Below, piece by piece: positions 23,614-32,826 of a DNA stretch of 44,485 bases. This stretch comes from a virus. Taxonomy: Duplodnaviria > Caudoviricetes. Location of the stretch: IMG/VR virus record IMGVR_UViG_3300037483_000521, positions 1-44,485 of that record, one strand, 5' to 3'. How positions within the stretch are numbered: the stretch's first letter is position 1; every line of letters begins with the position of its first letter. The notes below the pieces were generated by a model. It saw only the letters and a program-made list of their open reading frames with translations, was not told the DNA's origin and made no database searches. A program made the translations under genes and the position numbers.

Positions 23614-25799
23614 CCATTCTCCACTGCGACTTCGAGACGCGCTCCACGCTCGACCTGAAAGAAGTCGGGCTGGACAACTACGCCAAGCATCCGACGACGG
23701 ATGTGTGGTGCATGGGGTGGGCGGCTGGCGATCACCCGACAAAGATAGCTCTGCCGAAAGACTTTAGAAACTGGCAGTCAATGGGTGTTTTCGAGCACAC
23801 CGAAACTGGCGGCACCGTCGTCGCCCACAACGCGCCCTTCGAGCTGGCGATCTGGAACAACATCATGGTTCCCCGCTACGGCTGGCCGGAACTGAAGCCG
23901 GAGCAGTGCGTCTGCACGATGGCGATGGCCTACGCCATGTCGCTTCCCGGGGCGCTCGACAACGCTGCGGCGGCGGTTGGCCTTGCTGCGCAGAAGGATC
24001 AAGCGGGCCGCCGGCTGATGTTGCAGATGTGCCGACCGCGCGCCATAGAAGGGCCGCGTGATCCGAGCGGGCAAGACGCGTGGGAGCCCGAAAAAATTAA
24101 GTGGTGGGACGACGAAGAGCGGCTGCAAAAGCTCTACGCCTACTGCAAGAACGACGTGGAGGTGGAACGCCAGCTATACAAGCGCCTCGTCCCGCTCTCC
24201 GAGAAGGAACGCCGTATCTGGCAGCTCGACTACCAGATCAACAACCGCGGGGTGGCGGTTGACATCCCCACGATTCAAAAAGCCATCGAGGTGGTGCGCC
24301 ATGAGCAGGACAGACTCAATACGGATATTCGAGCTGCCACGGGAAATTTCGTCGGCTTCGTTACCGAGGTTGCGCGCACTACACAGTGGGTGCGATCTCA
24401 GGGTGTTGACATACCCGGACTCGCAAAAGCTGATGTGCTTGACGCACTCGAACTGGACGGACTGCCCGATCATGTCCGCACTGTCCTTCAAATACGGCAG
24501 GAAGCTGGTCGCTCATCCACCTCCAAGCTGCGCGCGTTCGTCGACGCCGCGAGCTCCGACGGCCGCGTGCGCAACACCATGCAGTATCACGGCGCCGGCA
24601 CCGGCCGCTGGGCGGGTCGTCGGATCCAACCGCACAACCTCCCCCGGCCGACGATGGCCCAAGCCGATATCGACGCCGCTATCGAACTACTTCAAGACGG
24701 GAGCCGCGACGAGATAGACCTGCTGTACGGCCCGCCGATGGACGTGGTGGCGAACTGCCTGCGCGGCATGATCGTCGCCGCACCGGGGCATGAGCTGCTG
24801 GTCGGCGACTTCTCGAACGTGGAAGGCCGCGTGATCGCCTGGCTCGCCGGAGAAGAGTGGAAACTTCAGGCGTTTCGCGATCAAGACGCCAAGACCGGCC
24901 CCGAGATTTATCTGGTTGCGGCCGGGCGCATCTATAACAAACCGCCGACAGCCTACACCAAAAAGAGTCCGGAGCGGCAGACCGGCAAGGTTTCCGAGCT
25001 GGCGTTTGGATTTCAAGGCGCGTTGGGCGCGTTTCGCACGATGGAAAAGTCGCTCGGGCTCAGACTTGGTTTGTCGGACGACAAAATAAACGAAGTTACC
25101 CGGGCCTGGCGCAACGCACATCCGGAGATCGTCGGGTACTGGTATGCCCTGGACACCGCCACGATGCAGGCAATTCGGCAGCCTGGGGCCATAAAAACTG
25201 CCGGAGCGAAACAGCGGCAAGTTAAGTACCGCGTGGCGGGGTCTTTCTTGTGGTGTCAGCTCCCGAGCGGGCGCGTGCTCTGTTATCCGTATCCAAAAAT
25301 CGGCAAGCAGGTGTTTGCTGAATTTAAATCCCCGAAAGGTGTTTTCAAAATGACGTTTGCGGCGCTCACCGAATACGACGCCGCCGTGGCCCCCGAGAAG
25401 TACGCGCAGAAAAACAAGCTGGAACTGCGGTCGGTTGGCGAGCCCAGCGATGTATTGACGTACATGACGGTGGTCAGTGATGGAGCGAAAGAGAAAGTCG
25501 TTCCCGACCCGGCCGCCTCCGGCAAGTGGCAGCGCGTCGCCACCTACGGCGGCAAGCTGGCCGAGAACGTGACGCAAGCGGTGGCGCGTGACCTGCTGGC
25601 TGAGGCGCTGATTCGTCTGGACGAACAGGGATTCCCGGTTGTGATGCACGTCCACGACGAAGCGGTATGCGAACTACCGTGGGACGCGCCGGAAGGACAG
25701 CTTCAAATGCTGGAACAGATTATGGCCGAAGTACCGGAATGGGCGACCGGGTTGCCGGTTGCCGTGGAAGCGTGGAGAGGACGGAGGTACAGAAAGTGA
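23610..25799 (+). CDS. polA: Family A DNA polymerase with 3'-5' exonuclease
   Basis: Probable ATG 23610 (ATGA overlap); DFETRS, AHNAPFE, YCKND, motif A DFSNVE, motif B RQTGKVSELAFGFQG, motif C HVHDE. Confidence 0.93.
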   Translation: MTILHCDFETRSTLDLKEVGLDNYAKHPTTDVWCMGWAAGDHPTKIALPKDFRNWQSMGVFEHTETGGTVVAHNAPFELAIWNNIMVPRYGWPELKPEQCVCTMAMAYAMSLPGALDNAAAAVGLAAQKDQAGRRLMLQMCRPRAIEGPRDPSGQDAWEPEKIKWWDDEERLQKLYAYCKNDVEVERQLYKRLVPLSEKERRIWQLDYQINNRGVAVDIPTIQKAIEVVRHEQDRLNTDIRAATGNFVGFVTEVARTTQWVRSQGVDIPGLAKADVLDALELDGLPDHVRTVLQIRQEAGRSSTSKLRAFVDAASSDGRVRNTMQYHGAGTGRWAGRRIQPHNLPRPTMAQADIDAAIELLQDGSRDEIDLLYGPPMDVVANCLRGMIVAAPGHELLVGDFSNVEGRVIAWLAGEEWKLQAFRDQDAKTGPEIYLVAAGRIYNKPPTAYTKKSPERQTGKVSELAFGFQGALGAFRTMEKSLGLRLGLSDDKINEVTRAWRNAHPEIVGYWYALDTATMQAIRQPGAIKTAGAKQRQVKYRVAGSFLWCQLPSGRVLCYPYPKIGKQVFAEFKSPKGVFKMTFAALTEYDAAVAPEKYAQKNKLELRSVGEPSDVLTYMTVVSDGAKEKVVPDPAASGKWQRVATYGGKLAENVTQAVARDLLAEALIRLDEQGFPVVMHVHDEAVCELPWDAPEGQLQMLEQIMAEVPEWATGLPVAVEAWRGRRYRK

Positions 25800-26029
25800 G
25801 TGACGAAATTGACCGCGCCAACGAACGCGCCCAGGAGCTGCTGGACGAATCCCTCGCCAAGCGCCGGGAGTCCGGCCCGCCTCCCTGCGGCGCCTGCTAC
25901 TTCTGCCACGAGCCGTTGGCCCCGGGGCTGCGCTGGTGCGACACCGACTGCCGCAAGGATTGGGAGCGACTGGAAGCGGTGAACAAGAGCAAGGCCGGGC
26001 GGTACTACGACGAGTCGGAGAAAGAATGA
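25796..26029 (+). CDS. TraR/DksA-like C4 zinc-finger protein
   Basis: N-terminal SDEIDRA (DxxDxA); CYFC...WCDTDC; GTGA coupling to the polymerase. Confidence 0.7.
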   Translation: MSDEIDRANERAQELLDESLAKRRESGPPPCGACYFCHEPLAPGLRWCDTDCRKDWERLEAVNKSKAGRYYDESEKE

Positions 26030-26424
26030 AAAAGCAAGTGCTGTATGTGGCGCACGCCATCCCGTCGAGCGATCACCCGCGGAACCTGATAAAAATCGGC
26101 GTGTCGTCGAGCGTACACTTGCGGCTGCGTGACTTACAAAAATGTTTTCCGTTTGAAATACGCCTTGTATATAAATCTAGGCCGCTAAACAAGTGGAACG
26201 CGCGCAGATTAGAGAAGCTTCTGCACTGTCATTTCAAGCCGTATCGTCTACGCGGAGAGTGGTTTGCCACGGACTTAAGATACGCGGATTTTATAAACAG
26301 CCAAACCGATGCTGATCCACTTAACTTCCCGGAGTTCCATGAGTACGCACGCTCTACACTGAAAACGTTGGTTCGCGGAAAAACAAAAATGTTAAAAGAA
26401 GGACGGAACTGGCGTGAAAACTAA
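26026..26424 (+). CDS. GIY-YIG superfamily (T5orf172-like) protein
   Basis: LYV...IKIGVS...RLRDLQ...LEKLLH...RLRGEWF; lower GC. Confidence 0.8.
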   Translation: MKKQVLYVAHAIPSSDHPRNLIKIGVSSSVHLRLRDLQKCFPFEIRLVYKSRPLNKWNARRLEKLLHCHFKPYRLRGEWFATDLRYADFINSQTDADPLNFPEFHEYARSTLKTLVRGKTKMLKEGRNWREN

Positions 26425-27595
26425 ACTTGATTCGGCCCTCGAACTGGCGAAAGACGGCTTCCACGTTTTTCCGCTCGTACAAAATTCCAAGTTGCCACTT
26501 ATTGACGGTTGGCAACGGAAAGCCACACGCGACCCGGAGCAAATCCGCCGTTGGTGGACGTGTCCCGTCATGGGCATCGAACAGGACAACAACATCGGCA
26601 TCTCCACCTCCCGCTTCGGCGACGACCAGGCGCTCGTCGTCATCGACGTGGACAACAAGGGTGACAAACATGGCGACGACGAACTGCTCAAGCTCGAACT
26701 CTCGGGGTTCGATTTCCCTGCCACGTTTGAACAGGTTACACCTACGGGTGGTCGACACCTTGTTTACCTCGTGGATAAACCGCTCCGGCAGGGTGCCAAC
26801 GTACTGGCAGCGGGACTGGATATACGCTCTCGCGGAGGATTTATTGTTGGAGTGGGAAGCACCCTCGACGGGCGAGAGTACGTCCGAGCTGGCGTTTGCG
26901 GTGAACTATCTCGCGCGCCATCTTGGCTTGTCGATAAGTGCGCTGACGCGCATCCTGATCGACCTGAGCGAGTTCACGCACCGGCACCTCCCGTCAATCA
27001 GGATCGGGCTGCACTACGAGCCATCGAGTACCTCGCCTCGCACGCACCACTAGCGGTCGAGGGCCAGGGCGGCGACCAAACCACGTTCCAGGTGGCGGCA
27101 CGGCTGAAGGACTTCGGCGTGGACGAGGCCGCGGCAGTTACGCTGATGAGCCACTGGAACGAACGCTGCTCGCCTCCGTGGCCCGCCGATGAATTGGCCG
27201 CGAAGGTGGCGAACGCCTACCGCTACGGCAAGGAAACGCCGGGGTCGTCGGCGCCGGAGGTTCAGTTTCCGAAAGTGCCAACTACTGATTCGGTAGAAAT
27301 TAGTAGCAAATTAGTATCTACCGCTCACCCCTTCGACATCCTGAATCGGGAGTTCGCGTTCGTGCTGGCCGGCGGGGGCAGTCACATCCTTTGGGAAACG
27401 GTGGACGCCAAGGGGCGGCCGGTTGTAGAGCACCTTAACCTGACCGCGTTCCACCAGAAGTTTGCGAGCTGGACGATGAACCTCGGCAAAAAAAACGAGC
27501 CTACGACAGAGTTGTGGATGAAGGACAAACGACGCCGCGGGTATGACGGCATCTGCTTTGACCCGAGCGCGGGTCCAGAGGTGGTGATTGGATGA
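26414..27595 (+). CDS. Bifunctional primase-polymerase with PriCT-like domain (N-terminal part of a split primase-helicase)
   Basis: VFPL..NSKLP, NIGI, VIDVD, TPTGGRHL, DIRSRGG and WNERCSPPW motifs. Confidence 0.88.
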   Translation: MKTKLDSALELAKDGFHVFPLVQNSKLPLIDGWQRKATRDPEQIRRWWTCPVMGIEQDNNIGISTSRFGDDQALVVIDVDNKGDKHGDDELLKLELSGFDFPATFEQVTPTGGRHLVYLVDKPLRQGANVLAAGLDIRSRGGFIVGVGSTLDGREYVRAGVCGELSRAPSWLVDKCADAHPDRPERVHAPAPPVNQDRAALRAIEYLASHAPLAVEGQGGDQTTFQVAARLKDFGVDEAAAVTLMSHWNERCSPPWPADELAAKVANAYRYGKETPGSSAPEVQFPKVPTTDSVEISSKLVSTAHPFDILNREFAFVLAGGGSHILWETVDAKGRPVVEHLNLTAFHQKFASWTMNLGKKNEPTTELWMKDKRRRGYDGICFDPSAGPEVVIG

Positions 27596-28647
27596 AAAAA
27601 TTCTACAACCTGTGGCGCGGGTTTGCGGTGGAGCCGATTCAACAAGGAGAACTTGTCAAACCGGAGTGGCAACGATCCGTCGACATGTGGTGCGAACATG
27701 TCGAGCAGAACGTGTGCGGCGGCGACAAGAAGCTGACCCGGTGGCTGATCGGGTACTTCGCGCACATGATGCAGTGCCCGGGGATCAAGCCCCTGGTGGC
27801 GCTGGTGTTCCGCGGTGATAAAGGTGTTGGCAAGAACGCTGCTGTGGAGAGGGTTGGCGCTCTGCTGGGGAGCCATTTTCTTGTCACTAGCAATAGGCGC
27901 TATCTTGTTTCTAATTTCAACTCTCATTTCGAGAACCTTATTCTTTTCGTGTTGGACGAAGCCAGTTGGCCGGGCGACAAACAAGCGGAAGGAATTCTGA
28001 AAGACTTGATAACTGGAACCCAGCATCTGATCGAGCACAAGGGCGAGAAGCCCTACTCCGTGGCGAACCTGATGCGCGTCATTATCATGGGCAACGAATC
28101 GTGGATCGCGCCCATGTCGCACGACGAGCGCCGGTTCGCGGCATTCAGCGTGGGAGAAGGGCGGAAGCAAGACCGGAACTTTTTTAAGCTCATGCGGGAG
28201 GGAATGGAGGCTGGCGGGTATCGTGTGCTGCTCCGCTACCTACTCGACTACGATATTTCCGGCCTGGATTTTAACGAGGCGCCAGTAACTCAGGAAATGC
28301 ACGATCAAAAAGAAGAAAGCCTCGGCGACGTGTATAAGTGGTGGCTCGACTGCCTCATCGAAGGCCAGATCGTCGGCAGCGACTTCGGCTCGGAGTGGCC
28401 GCAAGAAATCGAAACCGAAAGGTTCCGCGCTGCCTTCCGTCGTTACAGTAAGGATCGGAACATACGCTCGCGGTTTCCCGATTCACGCGCCATCGGAAAA
28501 CTCCTGAAGCACTGCGCCCCGACGATGGTCAAGCACCGCGCGCGCAAGGATAACGAGATGCCCTACCTGTACCGGCTGCCGGCGCTGGAAGATGCGCGGG
28601 AATCTTGGAGCAAATTTATCGGCCACCAAGTTTCGTGGAACGACTAG
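27592..28647 (+). CDS. SF3-type helicase / DUF5906-like NTPase (C-terminal part)
   Basis: YNLWRGF, Walker A GDKGVGKN, Walker B VLDE, LKDLIT and DERRF motifs. Confidence 0.88.
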   Translation: MKKFYNLWRGFAVEPIQQGELVKPEWQRSVDMWCEHVEQNVCGGDKKLTRWLIGYFAHMMQCPGIKPLVALVFRGDKGVGKNAAVERVGALLGSHFLVTSNRRYLVSNFNSHFENLILFVLDEASWPGDKQAEGILKDLITGTQHLIEHKGEKPYSVANLMRVIIMGNESWIAPMSHDERRFAAFSVGEGRKQDRNFFKLMREGMEAGGYRVLLRYLLDYDISGLDFNEAPVTQEMHDQKEESLGDVYKWWLDCLIEGQIVGSDFGSEWPQEIETERFRAAFRRYSKDRNIRSRFPDSRAIGKLLKHCAPTMVKHRARKDNEMPYLYRLPALEDARESWSKFIGHQVSWND

Positions 28648-28649
28648 CC

Positions 28650-28910
28650 GTGAAACAAACCCGCCTCGAATCCTTCGTCGAGTCCTGCCTGAACACGGCT
28701 ACCGGCTTCCTGGTGTCGCTGACGTTCTGGACGTTCGTCGTGGTGCCGGTGTGGCATCTGCCGGTGACGATGCATCAGAACCTCGTCATCACGTTCTGGT
28801 TCACCGTTCTGTCCGTGGCCCGCTCGTATGTGTGGCGGCGGTTCTTCAACGCGCGGATCCACCGAGCGGTTCATAAACGTACGAGGATACTATGGAAAAG
28901 GCAAAACTGA
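28650..28910 (+). CDS. Small conserved phage membrane protein
   Basis: QTRLESFVESCLNT...FTVLSVARSYVWRRFFN; two transmembrane helices. Confidence 0.75.
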   Translation: MKQTRLESFVESCLNTATGFLVSLTFWTFVVVPVWHLPVTMHQNLVITFWFTVLSVARSYVWRRFFNARIHRAVHKRTRILWKRQN

Positions 28911-29101
28911 TTACGTGGTCGAGCAACACCGGCAAGACGCTCAAGGCACAAGCCGTTGACATAAACCACTGCTACAGCAACAACCCGCCCATACTGGAAC
29001 TCATCCTGAAGCGGGGGCCAAGACAGAGCACCGCAATTCACATTCCAGTGGCGGCGGTGCTGCGCGCCATAGCGGGGTGTGGCCGGAGAACCGCGCGGTG
29101 A
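28892..29101 (+). CDS. Hypothetical protein
   Basis: GAGGA RBS; 69 aa. Confidence 0.6.
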   Translation: MEKAKLITWSSNTGKTLKAQAVDINHCYSNNPPILELILKRGPRQSTAIHIPVAAVLRAIAGCGRRTAR

Positions 29102-29235
29102 CCGCCCACGAACCGCCTTGGCCGGTCCTGCTGCTGGTCGGCGTCCTGTGCCTCGTGCTCGGCTACTACGGTGCTGGGTTGAAGGACTGGCCGTTGTGCC
29201 GGGCTGACCAGGTGCAGATGTGGAGGGGGAGATGA
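29098..29235 (+). CDS. Small membrane peptide (45 aa)
   Basis: GTGA and ATGA coupling; WPVLLLVGVLCLVLGYYG helix. Confidence 0.5.
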   Translation: MTAHEPPWPVLLLVGVLCLVLGYYGAGLKDWPLCRADQVQMWRGR

Positions 29236-30230
29236 GCGCCGAGATTTTGCACGGTGACTGCCGAGAAGTTCTCGATCTATGTGTCGCGGACAACAGCATC
29301 GACGCGGTTGTTACAGACCCACCCTATGGTCTAGGCTTCATGGGGAAAGATTGGGACCACGGTGTTCCGGGCGCTCACTTTTGGGCCGAAGCGCTGCGCG
29401 TCGCCAAGCCCGGCGCTCACCTGCTCGCGTTCGGCGGAACGCGCACCTACCACCGCCTGGCCTGCGCGATCGAGGACGCCGGCTGGGGCATCCGCGACTG
29501 CTTGATGTGGATTTATGGCTCGGGATTTCCGAAAAGCAAGAACCTCGAAGGCGGACGCGGGACCGCGCTCAAGCCCGCTTGGGAGCCGATAATCCTCGCG
29601 CGCAAAGCACTGGAAGGAACGGTCGAACAGAACGCCGCTAAGTACGGAACCGGCGTGCTGAACATCTATGGGTGCCGCACGAATGCGGGCCGCTGGCCCG
29701 CTAACCTTGTCCACGACGGCAGCGATGAGGTGGTGCGCGTGTTCCCGCAGAGCAACGGGCAGCAGGGCGACCTCGTAGGGCACAGTAAAGCCCGCAAGAG
29801 CCAAGGTATATACGGCGACATGCCGGCTGCGCGCGATGCTTTGAGGCGCGGTGATACGGGTAGCGCCGCCCGTTTTTTCTACTGTGCCAAGACGAGCAAG
29901 AAAGATCGAGACGAGGGGTGCGAAATGTTGCCGCCCGTCACCACCACCGACGGTCGGAAGGTCGACATTGAGAATCCGTACTTGCGTACAAAAACAACTC
30001 GGCGGAACAGCCACCCGACTGTCAAACCGACCGAGCTGATGCGCTACCTTTGCCGGCTCGTAACCCGGCCAAGCGGTGTGATTCTCGATCCTTTTATGGG
30101 TAGCGGCAGCACGGGCAAAGCCGCCGCGCTTGAAGGGTTCCGATTCATAGGCATAGAACTGGAAGCGGAGTATGTGGCGATCGCGCGGGCGCGTATCGCG
30201 GCTGCGACCCCCGCGCGACCTACGCCTTGA
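29232..30230 (+). CDS. DNA amino-methyltransferase (N6-A/N4-C, beta class), orphan
   Basis: TDPPY catalytic motif before HPTVKP and the LDPFMGSGSTG SAM motif. Confidence 0.92.
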   Translation: MSAEILHGDCREVLDLCVADNSIDAVVTDPPYGLGFMGKDWDHGVPGAHFWAEALRVAKPGAHLLAFGGTRTYHRLACAIEDAGWGIRDCLMWIYGSGFPKSKNLEGGRGTALKPAWEPIILARKALEGTVEQNAAKYGTGVLNIYGCRTNAGRWPANLVHDGSDEVVRVFPQSNGQQGDLVGHSKARKSQGIYGDMPAARDALRRGDTGSAARFFYCAKTSKKDRDEGCEMLPPVTTTDGRKVDIENPYLRTKTTRRNSHPTVKPTELMRYLCRLVTRPSGVILDPFMGSGSTGKAAALEGFRFIGIELEAEYVAIARARIAAATPARPTP

Positions 30231-30234
30231 AATT

Positions 30235-30284
30235 TGGAGCCGGTGAGGCGATTTGAACGCCTGACCTACTGATTACGAATCAGT
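30235..30284 (-). mobile_element. attP core: 3' half of tRNA-Thr(CGT)
   Basis: Minus strand ACTGA-TTCGTAA-TCAGT AGGTC AGGCG-TTCAAAT-CGCCT CACCGGC-T-CCA; no D-arm or 5' acceptor strand; integrase nearby. Confidence 0.9.
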
Positions 30285-30411
30285 TTTTATACCCTGAAAA
30301 AACAATGCGTTGCTGTTTCAACAACTATTTATCCCGAGAGAACCGCGTGCTGTTGCTATTTTAGCAACACCTTTCTCGCTTAGATTGCGACTAGCCTGCG
30401 ACCTGGGGGTA

Positions 30412-30439
30412 TTGACAAAGGTACAACGGGGCGTAGAAT
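30412..30439 (+). promoter_or_regulatory. Sigma70-like promoter, probably giving a leaderless mRNA
   Basis: TTGACA-N16-TAGAAT; ATG follows 7 nt later with no SD. Confidence 0.7.
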
Positions 30440-30446
30440 CCGCAGC

Positions 30447-30689
30447 ATGAACTCGACCCTCAAACAGATTCTGCACATCTTCCTCGTCGCCATCCTGGCG
30501 GCGATCGTCTTGGCGCTCGTTGGCTGCGCGGGGCCGCGGTACCAGAACCCCGGCAAGACCGATCAGGAATGGCACGCCGACGTGGCCGACTGCCAGAGCA
30601 AGGCGTACAGCACCAACGTCAACGCTGTTTTTCAGCGCCAGATATTCGACTCATGCATGAAGGGGAAGGGGTGGGCGCGTGCTGAATAA
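30447..30689 (+). CDS. Small lipoprotein
   Basis: Signal peptide with lipobox LVGC; D...C...CM..KGW motif. Confidence 0.8.
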   Translation: MNSTLKQILHIFLVAILAAIVLALVGCAGPRYQNPGKTDQEWHADVADCQSKAYSTNVNAVFQRQIFDSCMKGKGWARAE

Positions 30690-30969
30690 CGTAACCCCGC
30701 GTGGGCGTCAGTCCGGCCGTAAAAATATATGGGCCGGCTGGATTGAAGCGTGGCTCTACCACAACCCCGGCAAAACCCTCTTCGTGGCTCGTGCTGCGCG
30801 TGGCGCCAGTGTGGTGCTGAAACAGGAGTCAGAAGATTTCGTAGCGGTGCGGTGGGTAAAAGACGATGAGCCCCAAAAAGCACTCCCCGTGGGCATCAGT
30901 TACGATGAGGCGGCTGATTTTTCGGCCGATACGTGGACGAAATTGCGGGAGTCGGGGCTTCTGTGCTGA
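30679..30969 (+). CDS. Hypothetical protein
   Basis: 96 aa overlapping both neighbours. Confidence 0.55.
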   Translation: MLNNVTPRGRQSGRKNIWAGWIEAWLYHNPGKTLFVARAARGASVVLKQESEDFVAVRWVKDDEPQKALPVGISYDEAADFSADTWTKLRESGLLC

Positions 30970-32093
30970 CTAACGCCATCATCCGTGCCGCCCTCCCCGG
31001 CGACACCCTGTGGGATGAGAATTGTAAAGGTTTACACTTACGATGCACCGCGAATCGTAAGTCTTTATACTTATATTTCCGCACCAAGGCCGGCCGGGAA
31101 CGCCGGCCAAAGCTCGGCGACTACCCCACCATCTCGCTTGACCAAGCGCGCAAGATCGCGCGGGAATTGCTCGTACAGGCAAGCATGGGCCGCGACCCTA
31201 TGGCCGAGCGCCAAGCCTCCAAAGACGCGCCCACAGTGTCGCATTTATGCGACAAGTACTTGACCGACCACGCCAGCACCAAGAAAGCCCGCTCCGAGGC
31301 TGAGGATACGCGCCAGATCGAGGCGTATATCCGGCCAAAGCTCGGCGCGATTAAGGTACAAGCCGTTGTCGATAAAGACATTTCCACCCTCCACGCCGGC
31401 ATGAAAAGCGCGCCAATACAGGCGAACCGGGTGCTGTCCCTGCTCAAGACGATGTTCACCCTGGCCGAGAAGTGGGGGTGGCGACCCGCCAACAGCAACC
31501 CCTGCCGTTGGCAGAAGCCATACGCGGAGAGAAAGCGGCAACGGTACATGTCTGGTATCGAGGCGCCCAAGATCGGGGCGCTCCTGTCGTCCTGGGAGGC
31601 CCGCCGCCCGGAATCCGTGGCTTTCATCTACCTGCTGGTACTTTCCGGGGCGCGGCCAGAGGAAATCGCCAGAGCCCGTCCGGAGTGGGTGGCGCCACTC
31701 CTGATCGGGGGCCGACTGGACCTGCCAGACTCCAAGACAGGCGCAAAGCCTGTCTACCTGCCCCCGCAGGTCATGGAGCTGCTGGCTCGGCTGCCCAAGG
31801 GCGACACGCTTACCGGGATCCGCTCACCGAAGGCGCTGTGGGAGATCATTCGCGTCGAGGCTGGGTGCCCGGACCTGCGGCTGTACGACCTGCGTCACAC
31901 GTTTGCGTCCGCCGCGCTGCAGGCCGGCTACACGCTGGAACAAATTGGGGAGCTGCTGGGGCACAAGAACACGCAGACGACCAAACGCTATGCACATCTC
32001 ATCGACGGCCACGCTCAGCGCGCGGCGGCGGATACGGCAAACCTGCTTGAGGGGATGATGCGACCGGCGCCAAAGCTGGTCGCGCAGCGGTAG
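30933..32093 (+). CDS. int: Tyrosine integrase with N-terminal arm-binding domain
   Basis: LWD..CKGL...LGDYPTISLDQAR arm domain; GARPEEI, SKTG, YDLRH and LLGH...TKRYAH. True start may be GTG 30963. Confidence 0.95.
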   Translation: MDEIAGVGASVLTNAIIRAALPGDTLWDENCKGLHLRCTANRKSLYLYFRTKAGRERRPKLGDYPTISLDQARKIARELLVQASMGRDPMAERQASKDAPTVSHLCDKYLTDHASTKKARSEAEDTRQIEAYIRPKLGAIKVQAVVDKDISTLHAGMKSAPIQANRVLSLLKTMFTLAEKWGWRPANSNPCRWQKPYAERKRQRYMSGIEAPKIGALLSSWEARRPESVAFIYLLVLSGARPEEIARARPEWVAPLLIGGRLDLPDSKTGAKPVYLPPQVMELLARLPKGDTLTGIRSPKALWEIIRVEAGCPDLRLYDLRHTFASAALQAGYTLEQIGELLGHKNTQTTKRYAHLIDGHAQRAAADTANLLEGMMRPAPKLVAQR

Positions 32094-32094
32094 C

Positions 32095-32481
32095 TTACTT
32101 CCCGCGCATCAGCTTGATGGCGGAAGGCAGGTCTTTCAGGATGGCACGGCCGCCGAACCAGAATGTGAAATATATCAAGAAAACGACAGCCCAAAATTCG
32201 TCTTGCGTAATCTCCGGCGGTTTAGCCCACCCCATCACCCACGAAAATAGGTAGAAGCCCCACAGTGGGCGCTGTATCCGATTAGCTGCGTCGCATAGCT
32301 GGTTTATGACACCAGGCTGACCCGACACCCCTGCGAACTGCCGGGCGCTTTCCAGGTCTTGCGTATCGCGCTCGCTGCGTTCTTGCGACGTGTCGATGGC
32401 TTTGTCGGCCAAGTCCAGAGCTTTCTCGGCCGTACCGGTGGAACCAAACAGCCAGCCAACTGCTTTTGAAACGAAACTCAT
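32095..32481 (-). CDS. Holin-like membrane protein (GTA 3TM-holin-like)
   Basis: NRIQRP followed by hydrophobic helices and FWFGGR; end of the lysis cluster. Confidence 0.65.
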   Translation of the reverse strand: MSFVSKAVGWLFGSTGTAEKALDLADKAIDTSQERSERDTQDLESARQFAGVSGQPGVINQLCDAANRIQRPLWGFYLFSWVMGWAKPPEITQDEFWAVVFLIYFTFWFGGRAILKDLPSAIKLMRGK

Positions 32482-32490
32482 GCTGCTCTC

Positions 32491-32826
32491 CTAACAGTGC
32501 TCGCCGGACGGATCGTAGGGATCCAACCTGGCGCAAACCTGTAGCGCCCGGTTCCACCGCCACGAGCCCACTGGGTGCGTGTATTTGTATCGCTTCAGCC
32601 GGGAGGTGTAGGTGAACTCGCGCGGCAGATCGCGGAACTGCCCGGTACCGACGGTCCAGTTGTACACTACGTCCAGCACGTACCCGACAACCACGAACAG
32701 GTAGCCCGGTATCTTCACATACCACGGCAGCGTGTCGCGCCGGGCCTTGAGCCACATCACGCCGCGATACATCAGGAACAGGAATTCCGTGGTCACGAAG
32801 TCCACCAGTTTCAGGATCAAGTTCAT
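32491..32826 (-). CDS. Membrane-associated hypothetical protein
   Basis: ATG 32826 (ATGA overlap); LDVVYNWTVGT..F.DLPRE..TSRLKRY. Confidence 0.65.
   Translation of the reverse strand: MNLILKLVDFVTTEFLFLMYRGVMWLKARRDTLPWYVKIPGYLFVVVGYVLDVVYNWTVGTGQFRDLPREFTYTSRLKRYKYTHPVGSWRWNRALQVCARLDPYDPSGEHC

Noticed and set aside
17096-25799. Complete Z-genome (2-aminoadenine) system
   Set aside because: No PurZ-like or DatZ-like HD gene was recognised anywhere in the genome.
29232-30230. Restriction-modification system
   Set aside because: No adjacent restriction endonuclease; orphan methyltransferases are common in temperate phages.
30235-30284. Functional tRNA gene
   Set aside because: Only the anticodon arm to CCA is present, which fits an attP core.
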